The notes beneath the pieces were generated by a model, which had not been told where the DNA came from, did no database searches, and saw only the letters and a list, made by a program, of their open reading frames with translations. A program made the translations under genes and the position numbers. A stretch of 64,000 nt of DNA from Fidelibacterota bacterium (GTDB taxonomy: Bacteria > Fidelibacterota > UBA2242): the NCBI GenBank assembly GCA_049975265.1, contig JBNGDF010000004.1:101117-165116 (forward strand). The letters are read 5' to 3'. Below, piece after piece: positions 36,523 through 47,255 of this stretch. Within the stretch, counting starts at the first letter, position 1, and each line of letters opens with the position of its first letter.

Positions 36523-38904
36523 TTAAAATGGCATTCCAAAAATAAAGTGTGTTTTCCATCCTTCGGGTTTGCCGTAGCCTGAATATCCCTCAGGGTCAAT
36601 ATCATCAAAGCCGTATCCCAAATCGACACCGATCATGCCCAGGGCAGGCATGTAAAAGCGGACACCGAATCCGGCGGAACGTTTCAGGTGAAAGGGATCG
36701 GTGGTTTTTAAATTCATCCAGGTATTGCCGGCTTCGGCGAACAGGAGTCCGTAGATCGTCGGATTTTCAGAAATCGGTACCCGGTATTCGAGCGTGTATT
36801 TCAACATGGATTCGCCGCCCCAGTAAGAGTAGGTGCTGCCGGTGGCGTTGAGGGGAACCGGGCTGATGGCATTGTCGGCGTAGCCGCGCAAAGGCGTGCC
36901 GTAGACCATGCCTGCGCCACCCATGATAAAGCGTTCATCCGGCGGAATGATCGAATCATCCCTGATTTTTTGTATCAAGCCCACCTCCACACTGTTGTAC
37001 AAAACCAGTTTCCAGAAGGTCGGCGTATAAAAGTCCAGGTTGAAGGTATTTTTCACGAAATGCTCGGTGCCGCCCAGAAACCAGCCCGCTAGAGTCGTGG
37101 ACCATCTGAGAACCGATCCTCTGGTCGGGAATTCCGGAGCGTCGCGACTGTCCCGGGAGATGACCTGCGTCAGACTCATGTTGGTGGTTTTATCCTGACC
37201 GAGCAGTACCTGCTCCAGGTAGGCTTCGTTTAGATTGTGATACTCTTTTTTGGACCCGGAGAGAATCCAGGTGCCCCGGAAATAGTTATCCGGCCAGCGA
37301 AAGCGCCGTCCCCAGCGCAGCGAGGCGCCCCGCTGAGTCAGATCGTAGGGGTAGTAGTAATAGCTGCTGCTGTAGCCTCGTTCGGTATAGAATATACTGA
37401 AGCCGACGAGGTTCGGCGAATCGAAAACCCAGGGGTCGGTAAAACTAATGGAGGCGGATTTGTAGGCGTTGGCGCGGGTGCCGTAGATGCTGTAATTGGT
37501 TCCCTGCTGATAGCTGACCTGCAGCTGCTGCCCCCGCCCCCGGAAGTTGTTGAATTCCAGTCCGCCGCCACCGATCAAGCCGTAGGTCTGGCTGATGCTG
37601 AAGGAGAGGTTGGCGCGATCGGAGGATTTTTCTTCAACGGAAATCTCGATATCCACCTCATCCTCGGTTTGGGGCACGATGTCCGGGACTACATCGGAAA
37701 AGTAATTCATAATGAAGATTTCCCGCTGGCTGCGGATCAGTGCTTCCCGGCTGAAAATATCGCCTGGTAAAATTTTCAACTCACGCCGAATGACATTTTC
37801 ATGGGTGCGATCATTGCCGACGATGTTGATCCGACCAACGGACACCTGGTGATTTTCGGTAATATTCAGCAGCAGGTCGATCTGATCGTCACCTACCGGA
37901 ATCTCCTGGGGAACGATATTGAAGTAGAGATAGCCGCGATCCATGTAGAGTCCGTTGATCCGGTCGTAGATCGCCATTTCCAGTTCCTGTTTATTATAAT
38001 AATCACCGCTGTTGATACCCAGCGCCCGGTGCAGCTGTTCATTACTGTAGAGGTTGTTGCCGCTGAAAATAATATCCCGGTATTTGTAGCGGGGACCTTC
38101 GTAGAGTTCGAGGGTCAGATAGATGGATTTTTTGTCGTCGGAATAGTGCAAACTGTCGCTGACAATTTCGAAATCCCGGTAGCCCTCTTTGTTGTAGAAA
38201 TCCACCAGCAGATGCTTGTCTTCCTCATATTTTTTTTTGTCAAATTCGCCGATTTTCAGCAGCCAGAGGTTTCGTCTTTTCGTCTCTTTCAGGACCCGCT
38301 GCAGACGACTATCGCTGAATTGTTCGTTATTCTTAAATTCAATGCCCCGGATGCGCACCTTTTTACCCTCCCGGATATGGAAGGTCAGATTTTTTTGGTT
38401 CTTATCGGAGCCGGGAGTGATCTCTTCCTGAACCTCCGCCAGCAGATAGCCATCCTCATGGTAGAGGTCCAGGATTTTGCGCTTTGCTTCGCTGATCAGA
38501 GCCGGAGACAGGACTTTACCGCTGACGATGTTCAGCTCCTCGTCAAATTTGGTTTTGCGGATTTTTTTATTGCCCTCGATTTCAAATTTTTCCAGCCGGG
38601 GATATTCGGCTACTTCGATGATCAGGAAGATGCCGGCTTCGGTGGCTTTATCCAGATAAATTTGTATATCCGAAAAGATTTTTAATTTCCATAGCCTCTT
38701 AATGGCTTCGGGGATATCGTCGAAGATAATCTCCTTGCCCTCCATGATACCGGATTGAACCTTGATGCTGTTTTCAGAAATGCTCGTATTGCCTTTGACC
38801 GCGACACCCAGTATTTTCAGGTGCCGGGTTGATTGAGCCGCCACCGGATGAAACATTACAATACTGATAAAAAGTAAGATAGTCCGGGTGATCTGCTTTT
38901 TCAT
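36523..38904 (-). CDS. bamA: Outer membrane protein assembly factor BamA
   Basis: POTRA domains, LRGY motif, G.IGVDLGYG, terminal F. Confidence 0.95.
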   Translation of the reverse strand: MKKQITRTILLFISIVMFHPVAAQSTRHLKILGVAVKGNTSISENSIKVQSGIMEGKEIIFDDIPEAIKRLWKLKIFSDIQIYLDKATEAGIFLIIEVAEYPRLEKFEIEGNKKIRKTKFDEELNIVSGKVLSPALISEAKRKILDLYHEDGYLLAEVQEEITPGSDKNQKNLTFHIREGKKVRIRGIEFKNNEQFSDSRLQRVLKETKRRNLWLLKIGEFDKKKYEEDKHLLVDFYNKEGYRDFEIVSDSLHYSDDKKSIYLTLELYEGPRYKYRDIIFSGNNLYSNEQLHRALGINSGDYYNKQELEMAIYDRINGLYMDRGYLYFNIVPQEIPVGDDQIDLLLNITENHQVSVGRINIVGNDRTHENVIRRELKILPGDIFSREALIRSQREIFIMNYFSDVVPDIVPQTEDEVDIEISVEEKSSDRANLSFSISQTYGLIGGGGLEFNNFRGRGQQLQVSYQQGTNYSIYGTRANAYKSASISFTDPWVFDSPNLVGFSIFYTERGYSSSYYYYPYDLTQRGASLRWGRRFRWPDNYFRGTWILSGSKKEYHNLNEAYLEQVLLGQDKTTNMSLTQVISRDSRDAPEFPTRGSVLRWSTTLAGWFLGGTEHFVKNTFNLDFYTPTFWKLVLYNSVEVGLIQKIRDDSIIPPDERFIMGGAGMVYGTPLRGYADNAISPVPLNATGSTYSYWGGESMLKYTLEYRVPISENPTIYGLLFAEAGNTWMNLKTTDPFHLKRSAGFGVRFYMPALGMIGVDLGYGFDDIDPEGYSGYGKPEGWKTHFIFGMPF

Positions 38905-39692
38905 CAAGTATTTGTTCCTGTTTTACGATTCAGTTGGTCGCTGATACGACCAAAGCGTCTTTCACGACTCTGATAACTCCTGACAGCCTCTAAAAGTTCC
39001 GCCTGCCGGAAAGCCGGCCAATAGACGGAGGTCACGTAAATTTCGGTGTATGCCAGCTGCCAGAGCAGAAAATTGCTGATACGCAGTTCACCGCTGGTTC
39101 GGATCAGCAGGTCGGGATCCGGTATACCGGCTGTGTAGAGATAGTTGGAAAAGAGCTCCTCATTGATGGATTCAATGGATATTTTTTGATCCAGTACATC
39201 CCGGGAAATAGCCCGTACTGCGTCAATAATCTCCTGGCGGCTGCCGTAGCTGATCGCCAGATTAAGGTTCAGACCGGTGTTGTTTTGGGTTTTTTTTACG
39301 CCTTTCAGGAGACCCCGGCGGGTGCTGTCGGGCAGACTGTCGAGGTAGCCCATGAGTGTGAGCCGGACATTGTTTTTGTGAAGCTCGTCAACTTCGTTCT
39401 GGATGGTGCGGAGTAATAAGCTCATCAGTGCCGAGACTTCAGATTTGGGACGCGACCAGTTCTCGACGGAGAAAGTGTAGAGTGTCAATACCTCCACCTT
39501 GATCCGTCCGCATTCCCGGACGACTTCCCGGACTGAATTGATCCCTTCGTTATGACCGGCAACTCGGGGCAGCCCGCGCTCTTTTGCCCAGCGCCCGTTA
39601 CCGTCCATGATAATGGCGATATGCCGCGGAATTTGTCCACCGGCTAACACTTCTTCCCGGAGCAGGTCTATTTTATTATCGGATGATTCCAT
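38904..39692 (-). CDS. uppS: Undecaprenyl diphosphate synthase
   Basis: HIAIIMDGNGRWA, FSVENWSRP, PDLLIRTSGELRISNFLLWQ. Confidence 0.97.
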   Translation of the reverse strand: MESSDNKIDLLREEVLAGGQIPRHIAIIMDGNGRWAKERGLPRVAGHNEGINSVREVVRECGRIKVEVLTLYTFSVENWSRPKSEVSALMSLLLRTIQNEVDELHKNNVRLTLMGYLDSLPDSTRRGLLKGVKKTQNNTGLNLNLAISYGSRQEIIDAVRAISRDVLDQKISIESINEELFSNYLYTAGIPDPDLLIRTSGELRISNFLLWQLAYTEIYVTSVYWPAFRQAELLEAVRSYQSRERRFGRISDQLNRKTGTNT

Positions 39693-40035
39693 TATGAAAA
39701 CACATTAAAATTAGCTTACGGAAGTTAATTTCAATCCTCTATAAAGTCAATGGAAAACAGGGTTTTTGATTGTCAGAATTGGGCGATTTGCGGCTCTTGC
39801 CGGAATTGTTGCATGTTTTGACGGCATTCCGGTATTTCTGACATGGGGCGGATATTCTCAATTGTGAAAAAAATCGGGCTTGCACATATCAATTATCAAA
39901 AATAGAAAAATAGGTTGTTTCAGAGTCCCTGTCTTTCTATATTTCGTTCATCATGCAGCGATTAAAAGATGAAGGTCATGAGAAGATTATTTGCGGTAAT
40001 GAATCTGCGGCGGGAGTCAGACCGAAGCGTGAGAA

Positions 40036-41382
40036 ATGAACAGTAGAATTTTAATTGCCGACAGTGACAACGAGGTTCGCGAATCGCTGTCGGCAGTATT
40101 AACGGAAAACGGATTCGACTGCAGGAAAGCCGCCGACGGCGAGGAGGTTATCCGGCAAATCAGGGAAGACAACTTCGATATCCTGATCGTGGATATTCGC
40201 CTGCCCAAGTGGGACGGGATTCAGCTCCTGGACAAGGTATCGAAATTCAGTCCGAAAACCATGACTATGATCATCACCGCTTCGGCGACTGTCGAGACGG
40301 CGATCGAGGCATTGCGTCGCGGGGCTGTGGATTACCTTATAAAGCCGCTGGATTACCAGGATGTGGTTATGCGGGTAAACAAGATGCGGCGTCTGCAGCA
40401 GGTTTTGCTGGAAAACCAGTATCTGAAGCAGGAAATTCATTCGAAATTCAACCAGAATCTTATCATCGGCGAGAGTGCGGTGATTAAACAGATTTATACG
40501 ATGATCAATAAGGTTGCCCATTCATCCTCCAATATTCTTATTACCGGGAAAAGCGGGACCGGCAAGGAGCTGGTTGCCCGGGCTATTCACCAGAACAGCC
40601 CGCGGGCGGATGCGCCTTTTGTGCCGATCAACTGCGGTGCTATACCTGAGAATCTGTTCGAGAGCGAACTGTTTGGATTTAAAAAGGGAGCCTTTACCGG
40701 TGCTGTAATGGACAAGGACGGTGTCTTTCGCGCAGCGAATGGCGGCACCCTCTTTCTGGATGAGGTGGGTGAGATTCCGGTGCACATTCAAGTGAAGTTA
40801 CTGCGGGCGATCGAGGAGAAAGAGATTAAACCCATCGGCAGCCCATCGTCGTTCAAAGTGGATGTTCGGGTCCTGTCGGCGACCAATAAGGATTTGCAGA
40901 AAGAGATCGAAGAGGGCAACTTCCGCGAAGACCTCTATTATCGTCTGAACATTATTGACATTCATCTGCCTTCACTGAGCGAGCGCCGGGATGATATTCC
41001 GCTGCTGGTCAACCATTTTATCCGTAAATACAATCAAGAACTCAAACGCCAGGTCTTGGGCGTCGATAATGAGACCATGAAGGCACTGATGAATTACAAA
41101 TGGAAAGGTGAGGTACGGGAGCTGGAGAATATCATCGAGCGCGCCGTCCTGCTCTGCGAATCCGACTACATAACGTTAAAAGATTTACCGCCCCATGCCT
41201 GTTCCGGTGTTACAATGGAATATGCCGACGATTTGAAAACATCGGTTCGCAATTTTGAGAAACAGCATATCCTGTCGATTCTGAAACGGGTGGATAACGA
41301 TAAAAACCGCTGTGCCGAGATATTGGGGATCGGCTTGTCATCGCTTTACCGGAAAATCGACGAACTGGATATTAAACTCTGA
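40036..41382 (+). CDS. Sigma54-dependent response regulator (NtrC family)
   Basis: Receiver domain, GKSGTGKE, GAFTGA, FLDE, FREDLYYRL, Fis-type HTH. Confidence 0.95.
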   Translation: MNSRILIADSDNEVRESLSAVLTENGFDCRKAADGEEVIRQIREDNFDILIVDIRLPKWDGIQLLDKVSKFSPKTMTMIITASATVETAIEALRRGAVDYLIKPLDYQDVVMRVNKMRRLQQVLLENQYLKQEIHSKFNQNLIIGESAVIKQIYTMINKVAHSSSNILITGKSGTGKELVARAIHQNSPRADAPFVPINCGAIPENLFESELFGFKKGAFTGAVMDKDGVFRAANGGTLFLDEVGEIPVHIQVKLLRAIEEKEIKPIGSPSSFKVDVRVLSATNKDLQKEIEEGNFREDLYYRLNIIDIHLPSLSERRDDIPLLVNHFIRKYNQELKRQVLGVDNETMKALMNYKWKGEVRELENIIERAVLLCESDYITLKDLPPHACSGVTMEYADDLKTSVRNFEKQHILSILKRVDNDKNRCAEILGIGLSSLYRKIDELDIKL

Positions 41383-41417
41383 CATTACAGGATTAGACTT
41401 CGGTAGCGGACCTGCTG

Positions 41418-41804
41418 TCATTTGTCCGGCGATAACGTTCTTATTTTTAAAATGTGAATTGTTACAGCAGTACCGATCAGGAACAATCCGATTCGAAGAA
41501 GCAATTTTTCGGTTACAAAAATAGCTGAATATCCCAGTGTACACCATAAGAGACTCAGGACATACACCTTTAGCTTTTTGGGAATGGCTCGCTTTTCCAG
41601 ATAATTTCGGATATATGAGCCAAACCATCTATGCTGAATCAGCCATTCATAGCGACGTTGGGAACTGCGAATGAAACAGGCGGCTGCCAGGAGCAGAAAG
41701 GGCGTTGTCGGTAACAGCGGTAAAAAAACACCCAAAATCCCCAAACCGATGGAAAGCATGCCGGTGACCAGTAAAAACAACCGTCGTATTTCGGGCTTAA
41801 TCAT
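41418..41804 (-). CDS. YbaN/DUF454 family membrane protein
   Basis: LPLLPTTPFLLLAAACF. Confidence 0.9.
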   Translation of the reverse strand: MIKPEIRRLFLLVTGMLSIGLGILGVFLPLLPTTPFLLLAAACFIRSSQRRYEWLIQHRWFGSYIRNYLEKRAIPKKLKVYVLSLLWCTLGYSAIFVTEKLLLRIGLFLIGTAVTIHILKIRTLSPDK

Positions 41805-41829
41805 TCTCTGAATTTCGGAATTAGAACGT

Positions 41830-42999
41830 TTATCTGAAAATGGCGATAAAGACGCCCGCGGCAATCGCCGAGCCGATTACGCCGGCGACGTTCGGCGCCA
41901 TGGCGTGGAAAAGGAGATAATTGTCCTTATCGTACTGGCGGGCAAAGTGCTGGACGACACGGGCGGAATCGGGCACGGCAGAAACGCCGGCGGCTCCGAT
42001 GAGCGGGTTGATTTTTTCCTTCAGAAAGAGATTCATGAATTTGGCAAACAGCAGACCGCCAAAGGTGGCGATACTGAAGGAAAAAAGACCGAGGAAGAAA
42101 ATCCCCAGGGATTTTGGCGTCAGAAAACCGACATTGACTCCGTCTACGTAACGGGTTGCCTGCGTGCTGGCACCGACGGCGAAGGAGAGCAGTATCGTAC
42201 AGATATTCAGGAGCGAATTGCCGGCGGTCTTGCTGAGCCGGTCGGTCACGCCGCTCTCCTTCAGCAGGTTGCCCAGCATGAGCATCCCTACCAACGGCAG
42301 TGAGCCGGGTGCAATTAATGCCGCCACTATGACTACGATGATCGGGAAAAGGATTTTTTCCCGCCGGGTGACTTTGCGCGCCGGTTTCATCCGGATTTTC
42401 CGCTCATTTTTGGTGGTGAGCAATTTCATAATTGGCGGCTGAATCAGCGGCACCAGCGCCATGTAGGAATAGGCGGCAATGGCGATTGGTCCGAGCAGGT
42501 GCGGTGCCAATTGAGAGGAGAGGAAAATGGATGTTGGTCCGTCCGCACCACCGATGATGCCGATGGAGGCGGCTTCCAGATTGGTAAATCCCAGCAGCAG
42601 AGCTCCAAGATAGGTCACGAAGATTCCAAGCTGAGCCGCCGCACCCAGCAGTACGGATTTCGGGTTGGAAATCAGAGATGAGAAGTCGGTCATGGCGCCG
42701 ATTCCAAGGAAGATCAGAGGCGGGAAAATTCCCGATGTGACGCCAAAATAGATCAGGCTGAAAACGCTGTTCTGGGGAGCGCCGTTGGCAACGGTATCGT
42801 AAACTCCCAGCGGAAGCCCCTGGATGTAAGGAATATTTCCAACAATCACACCGAAACCGATGGGCAGCAGAAGCAACGGTTCATATTTTTTGACAATTGC
42901 CAGGTAGATGGCGATGCAACCAACGATGATCATGATGATATTGCCCCATTGCAGATTGGCAAATCCCGTAGTTCTGATGATCTGAAATATCATATCCAT
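41830..42999 (-). CDS. mmdB: Na+-translocating decarboxylase beta subunit
   Basis: EPLLLLPIGFG, IGIIGGADGPT, AGVSAVP, NVAGVIGSA. Confidence 0.93.
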   Translation of the reverse strand: MDMIFQIIRTTGFANLQWGNIIMIIVGCIAIYLAIVKKYEPLLLLPIGFGVIVGNIPYIQGLPLGVYDTVANGAPQNSVFSLIYFGVTSGIFPPLIFLGIGAMTDFSSLISNPKSVLLGAAAQLGIFVTYLGALLLGFTNLEAASIGIIGGADGPTSIFLSSQLAPHLLGPIAIAAYSYMALVPLIQPPIMKLLTTKNERKIRMKPARKVTRREKILFPIIVVIVAALIAPGSLPLVGMLMLGNLLKESGVTDRLSKTAGNSLLNICTILLSFAVGASTQATRYVDGVNVGFLTPKSLGIFFLGLFSFSIATFGGLLFAKFMNLFLKEKINPLIGAAGVSAVPDSARVVQHFARQYDKDNYLLFHAMAPNVAGVIGSAIAAGVFIAIFR

Positions 43000-43012
43000 G
43001 TCAATTGACTCC

Positions 43013-43477
43013 CTATGCCATCTCTATCAAGGTATCGCCTTCGTTCACCGAATCGCCTTCTCTGACCAATACGGATTTGACTGTGGCATCTGCCAGCGCC
43101 TGCACGTCATTTTCCATTTTCATTGCCTCCATGATTACCAGATTTTGACCGGCTTTGACCGTCTCTCCCGGCTTGACCAGTATCTTCAAAATTAGTCCCG
43201 GCAGCGGTGCGACTACGGACGAAGCGGAAGCAATCGGTTTGGGCTGTTGGTAGGTTGGGAGCGAAGGACTGAACGGTGCCCCGGCTGGTGTGGGAAGTGG
43301 CGCGGCAACGGCAGGTCCTGAAGGGCTGTCGGATGCCTGCTCAATTCCCAGGTCATTTAAGCCGACGGTATAGGTTTTACCGTTCAGTGTTACCACTGCT
43401 TCATAGGCGCTGAATTCGTTGATGGTGACTATATATTCCTGATCGTTGATTTCCAGTTTGAGTGTTTTTTCTCTCAT
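43013..43477 (-). CDS. mmdC: Biotin carrier subunit
   Basis: EAMKMEN biotinylation motif, Pro/Ala linker. Confidence 0.92.
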   Translation of the reverse strand: MREKTLKLEINDQEYIVTINEFSAYEAVVTLNGKTYTVGLNDLGIEQASDSPSGPAVAAPLPTPAGAPFSPSLPTYQQPKPIASASSVVAPLPGLILKILVKPGETVKAGQNLVIMEAMKMENDVQALADATVKSVLVREGDSVNEGDTLIEMA

Positions 43478-43488
43478 TGGGATTTCCT

Positions 43489-43857
43489 TTACAATTTCCC
43501 GGGAATGGTTAAGCGCTGTCCGAATCGCTGACCGGTTTTCCAGACGCTCTGCTGCTCACCGTGTTTGAAAGTGATCTGACTCTGTAGTGTCTCGAAATGA
43601 ATTCGCCGGTAGCATTCGAGAGCAGTAGCGATGGCGACCAGCTCATCATCGCTGAGCGGAATCATCTTTTTCGGGACAGGTTTTGGTTCCGCCGGTTTTG
43701 GCGCTGCGGTTCGTTTCTCAGTCCGGCGGTGTAGTTTCTCAAAAAATTTATTGAACAGATGAATGGTAACGGCAATTAGAATCAGACCGGCAAAAACGAC
43801 GATAATGCCGCTCAGTGCGATATTCAATCCGTTATTCTGGAGGATATTTTCAATCAT
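43489..43857 (-). CDS. OadG/MmdD-like decarboxylase subunit
   Basis: Single TM helix (GIIVVFAGL), ELVAIATAL, W...R motif; operon context. Confidence 0.82.
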   Translation of the reverse strand: MIENILQNNGLNIALSGIIVVFAGLILIAVTIHLFNKFFEKLHRRTEKRTAAPKPAEPKPVPKKMIPLSDDELVAIATALECYRRIHFETLQSQITFKHGEQQSVWKTGQRFGQRLTIPGKL

Positions 43858-43869
43858 GAGTTTCTGCTC

Positions 43870-45420
43870 CTAAAGCGGAATATTACCGTGCTTTTTTGGC
43901 GGATTATCGTCCCGTTTGTTGGCGAGCATTTCGAGGGCTTTGATCAGTTTATAGCGGGTCACTTTCGGTTCGATGACCTCATCCACATAACCCTTTGCCG
44001 CAGCGACATAGGGATTGGCGAATTTTTCGCGATATTCGGTAATCTTTTCCTGCAGTTTTTCAGCCGGATTGTCAGCCGCTTTGATCTCTTTGGCAAAGAT
44101 GATTTCACTGGCGCCCTGCGGACCCATGACGGCGATTTCTGAGGATGGCCAGGCGTAGCTGTAATCGCCACGCAGCTGTTTGGAGTTCATCACGCAGAAA
44201 GCACCGCCGTACCCTTTCCGGGTAATGACGGTAATTTTCGGAACGGTGGCTTCGGCGTAGGCGTAGAGCATTTTGGCACCGTGCTTGATAATGCCGTTGA
44301 ATTCCTGCACCGTTCCGGGCATAAAACCGGGTACGTCCTCAAAGGTGACAACCGGAATGTTAAAGGCATCACAGAAGCGCACAAAGCGGGCGGCTTTATT
44401 GGAGGCGTTGCTGTCGAGAACACCGGCAAGATACTTGGGTTGATTGGCGACAATCCCGACGGATTTGCCGTTTAAGCGACCGAATCCGACGATAATATTT
44501 TGAGCATACAGCGCCTGGACTTCCAGAAATTCGCCATTGTCGAGAATGCGCACGAGAATCTCTTTTATATCGTAGGGTTTGTTGGGATTGTCGGGCACGA
44601 TGTAGTTCAGTTCCTCGTCGACCCGGTCCGGCGAATCCTGATTGGAAATCACCGGTGGTTCTTCCAGATTGTTCTGGGGAATATAATTAAAAAAGGTCCG
44701 AATGCCTTCGAAAAGGCTTTTTTCATCGTCGTAGGTGAAGTGCGCGATGCCGCTTTTGACGGCGTGGGTGTCGGCGCCGCCGAGCTGTTCGGCGGTGACC
44801 TCCTCATGGGTAACGGTCTTGACGATTTTCGGGCCGGTGAGGAACATATAGGCGGTGTTTCTGACCATGAAGATAAAATCGGTCAGTGCCGGTGAATAGA
44901 CCGCTCCGCCGGCGCAGGGACCGACGATTGCACTGATTTGCGGAATCACGCCGGAGTAGAGGACATTGCGCAGGAATATTTCGGTATAACCCGCCAGTGA
45001 GTCCACCCCTTCCTGAATGCGCGCTCCACCGGAATCGTTAATGCCGATAACCGGTGCGCCGACTTTGGCGGCTTTTTCCAGAACCTTTACGACCTTATCC
45101 GCCACGGTTTTGGAGAGTGAGCCGCCGAAAACGGTAAAATCGAAGGCATAGACGAATACCAGTCGCCCGTGAATGCTGCCATAGCCGGTGACCATGCCAT
45201 CACCGAGGATTTTTTTCTTCTGCATGTCAAAATCCGAACACTCGTGCAATCGGAACATATCCATTTCTTCGAAACTGTTTTTATCCAACACAAGGTCGAT
45301 GCGCTCCCGGGCGGTCAGTTTATTGCGCTGATGCTGTTTGTCAATTGCTGCATCCCCGCCACCCTGTCGGGCTTTTTCGATCTTTTCCTTTAATTCAAGG
45401 ATTTTTCGCTCTCTGCTCAT
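43870..45420 (-). CDS. mmdA: Methylmalonyl-CoA decarboxylase alpha / carboxyltransferase subunit
   Basis: DSGGARIQEG, GPCAGGAVY, DVPGFMPG, KKHGNIPL. Confidence 0.92.
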   Translation of the reverse strand: MSRERKILELKEKIEKARQGGGDAAIDKQHQRNKLTARERIDLVLDKNSFEEMDMFRLHECSDFDMQKKKILGDGMVTGYGSIHGRLVFVYAFDFTVFGGSLSKTVADKVVKVLEKAAKVGAPVIGINDSGGARIQEGVDSLAGYTEIFLRNVLYSGVIPQISAIVGPCAGGAVYSPALTDFIFMVRNTAYMFLTGPKIVKTVTHEEVTAEQLGGADTHAVKSGIAHFTYDDEKSLFEGIRTFFNYIPQNNLEEPPVISNQDSPDRVDEELNYIVPDNPNKPYDIKEILVRILDNGEFLEVQALYAQNIIVGFGRLNGKSVGIVANQPKYLAGVLDSNASNKAARFVRFCDAFNIPVVTFEDVPGFMPGTVQEFNGIIKHGAKMLYAYAEATVPKITVITRKGYGGAFCVMNSKQLRGDYSYAWPSSEIAVMGPQGASEIIFAKEIKAADNPAEKLQEKITEYREKFANPYVAAAKGYVDEVIEPKVTRYKLIKALEMLANKRDDNPPKKHGNIPL

Positions 45421-45481
45421 TTTTATTCCTCACGTGAGATTATTCAAATGATGGACCGGATATTTGAAGCAATGCTGGTTT

Positions 45482-45889
45482 TCATTTATCCCCAATCTGG
45501 CAGATTTCGGTCAGTACTTTTCCCGAGGATTTCGGATGCAGAAAGGCGATTCGGGTACCATGTGCACCGGCACGGGGTTGCTCGTCAATCATCCGGATAT
45601 TTTTTGCACGGAAATCATGAATATCCGATTCGATATCGTCGGATTGATAGGCGATGTGATGAATCCCTTCGCCCCGGTTCTGGATGAATTTGGCAATCGG
45701 ACTGTCCGGCGAAGTCGGTTCAAGCAGCTCGATCTGGACCTCTCCTGCCTGGAACATGGCGACCCGGACTTTTTGATCGGGTACTTCCCCGGTGCCTTTG
45801 AATTGCAGCTGCAAAATATCCCGGTAGAAGGGAATCTGGTCTGTAAGTTTCGTCACCGCAATCCCGATGTGATTGATTTTCGTAATCAT
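45482..45889 (-). CDS. mce: Methylmalonyl-CoA epimerase
   Basis: HIGIAV, IELLEP, GEGIHHIA, FLHPKS..KVLTE. Confidence 0.94.
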   Translation of the reverse strand: MITKINHIGIAVTKLTDQIPFYRDILQLQFKGTGEVPDQKVRVAMFQAGEVQIELLEPTSPDSPIAKFIQNRGEGIHHIAYQSDDIESDIHDFRAKNIRMIDEQPRAGAHGTRIAFLHPKSSGKVLTEICQIGDK

Positions 45890-46848
45890 TGCCAGTGTAA
45901 CTCCTTTAAGAATTCTCCGATTTTTCGGTTCAATAATTTATAGGGGCTGACCTTTTTGTGAAAGACATCTTCCACCCAGCTTTCCAGGCGTCTGTCGATG
46001 TTAAGGAAACGTTCGGCGGCAGCCATGATCTTGGCGTTGGCAATATGCTTCAGCTCCTTTTCGATGCGGCTTTTGCGCCGTTCTGCCAGCTGACCGTTTT
46101 GCCGGATTTTTTCCTGATAATCGAATATCACAGACAGGGCTGACTCGATGCCTTCGTCCTGAGTTGCCGAGGTCATGCAAACTGATGGTCTAGTATGAGT
46201 GTCGTTTTCCTGCAATCCCAAAACGTACTCTACTTCGCTTTTCAGCCGCTCGGCGCCGGCGAGGTCCTTTTTATTGATAATGAAAACATCCCCGATCTCC
46301 ATAACGCCGGCTTTCAACGCCTGGATTTCATCGCCAAGTCCCGGAACCAGTACCAATAAGACAATGTCGGAAAGTTCCATGACTTCGATTTCGGTCTGAC
46401 CGACTCCGATGGTCTCGATGATCACGTAATCGAAACCGGCGGCATCGAAAATTTTGATGGCGTCGGCGGTGGCTCCGGCAACACCGCCAAGATGACCGCG
46501 GGACGCCATTGAGCGGATAAAGACACCGTCGTCGGTGGCATGTTTTTGCATTCGCAGCCGGTCGCCCAAAATTGCTCCGCCGGAAAAGGGCGAACTCGGG
46601 TCTACGGCGATCACGGCAACTGTTTTATCCTGCCGGCGCAGTCGTTCGATAAAACGATCCAACAGGCTGCTTTTCCCGGCGCCCGGGGGACCGGTGATGC
46701 CCCATACCATCGCATGCCCGCAATGGGTGTGGAGGCTGTCGATCAGGGATTCTTTTTGAGCACTCTCCGTCTCGTTCTCGATCAGACTGATGCTGCGGGC
46801 GATCGCCCGGGTATTCTGTCGCAATATCTGTTGAGCTAATCTATGCAC
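45886..46848 (-). CDS. meaB: Methylmalonyl-CoA mutase-associated GTPase
   Basis: GPPGAGKS, DPSSPFSGGAILGDR.RM, ETIGVGQ. Confidence 0.94.
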   Translation of the reverse strand: MHRLAQQILRQNTRAIARSISLIENETESAQKESLIDSLHTHCGHAMVWGITGPPGAGKSSLLDRFIERLRRQDKTVAVIAVDPSSPFSGGAILGDRLRMQKHATDDGVFIRSMASRGHLGGVAGATADAIKIFDAAGFDYVIIETIGVGQTEIEVMELSDIVLLVLVPGLGDEIQALKAGVMEIGDVFIINKKDLAGAERLKSEVEYVLGLQENDTHTRPSVCMTSATQDEGIESALSVIFDYQEKIRQNGQLAERRKSRIEKELKHIANAKIMAAAERFLNIDRRLESWVEDVFHKKVSPYKLLNRKIGEFLKELHWQ

Positions 46849-46854
46849 GGTTGC

Positions 46855-47247
46855 CTAAGGCTTGACGGATTCGATAAAAGCGATGATCTCCCTGATCGGG
46901 GTTCCCGGAGTAAATACGGCTTGAACGCCCTTTTCCTTTAAACCGGGAATATCGGCTTCGGGAATGACACCGCCACCGAAAACAATAATATCACCGGCGT
47001 TTCCGGATTTCAGCAGTTCGACGACTTTTGGAAACAGCTCATTGTGTGCGCCGGACAGCAGGCTGAGTCCCACTAAATCCACATCTTCCTGAATGGCGGT
47101 TTTCACAATCGCCTCCGGCGTTTGCCGGATACCGGTATAGATCACTTCGTAACCGGCTTCTTTCAGTGCCCGGGCGACATATTTTGCGCCCCGGTCGTGA
47201 CCGTCAAGTCCCGGTTTGGCAATCAGTATGCGTATTTTTTTATTCAT
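46855..47247 (-). CDS. Methylmalonyl-CoA mutase cobalamin-binding subunit
   Basis: KPGLDGHDRGAK, SLLSGAH, GGGVIP. Confidence 0.94.
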   Translation of the reverse strand: MNKKIRILIAKPGLDGHDRGAKYVARALKEAGYEVIYTGIRQTPEAIVKTAIQEDVDLVGLSLLSGAHNELFPKVVELLKSGNAGDIIVFGGGVIPEADIPGLKEKGVQAVFTPGTPIREIIAFIESVKP

Positions 47248-47255
47248 GGTTAATC

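Noticed and set aside
22211..38685. Long antisense ORFs (e.g. 22211-23134, 28184-29002, 35032-35862, 37801-38685)
   Set aside because: Shadow frames opposite well-supported genes, as expected from codon bias
39856..39910. TTCTCAATTGTGAAA / TATCAAAAATAGAAA possible enhancer-binding boxes upstream of the NtrC-type gene
   Set aside because: Too degenerate in AT-rich DNA to support without comparative data
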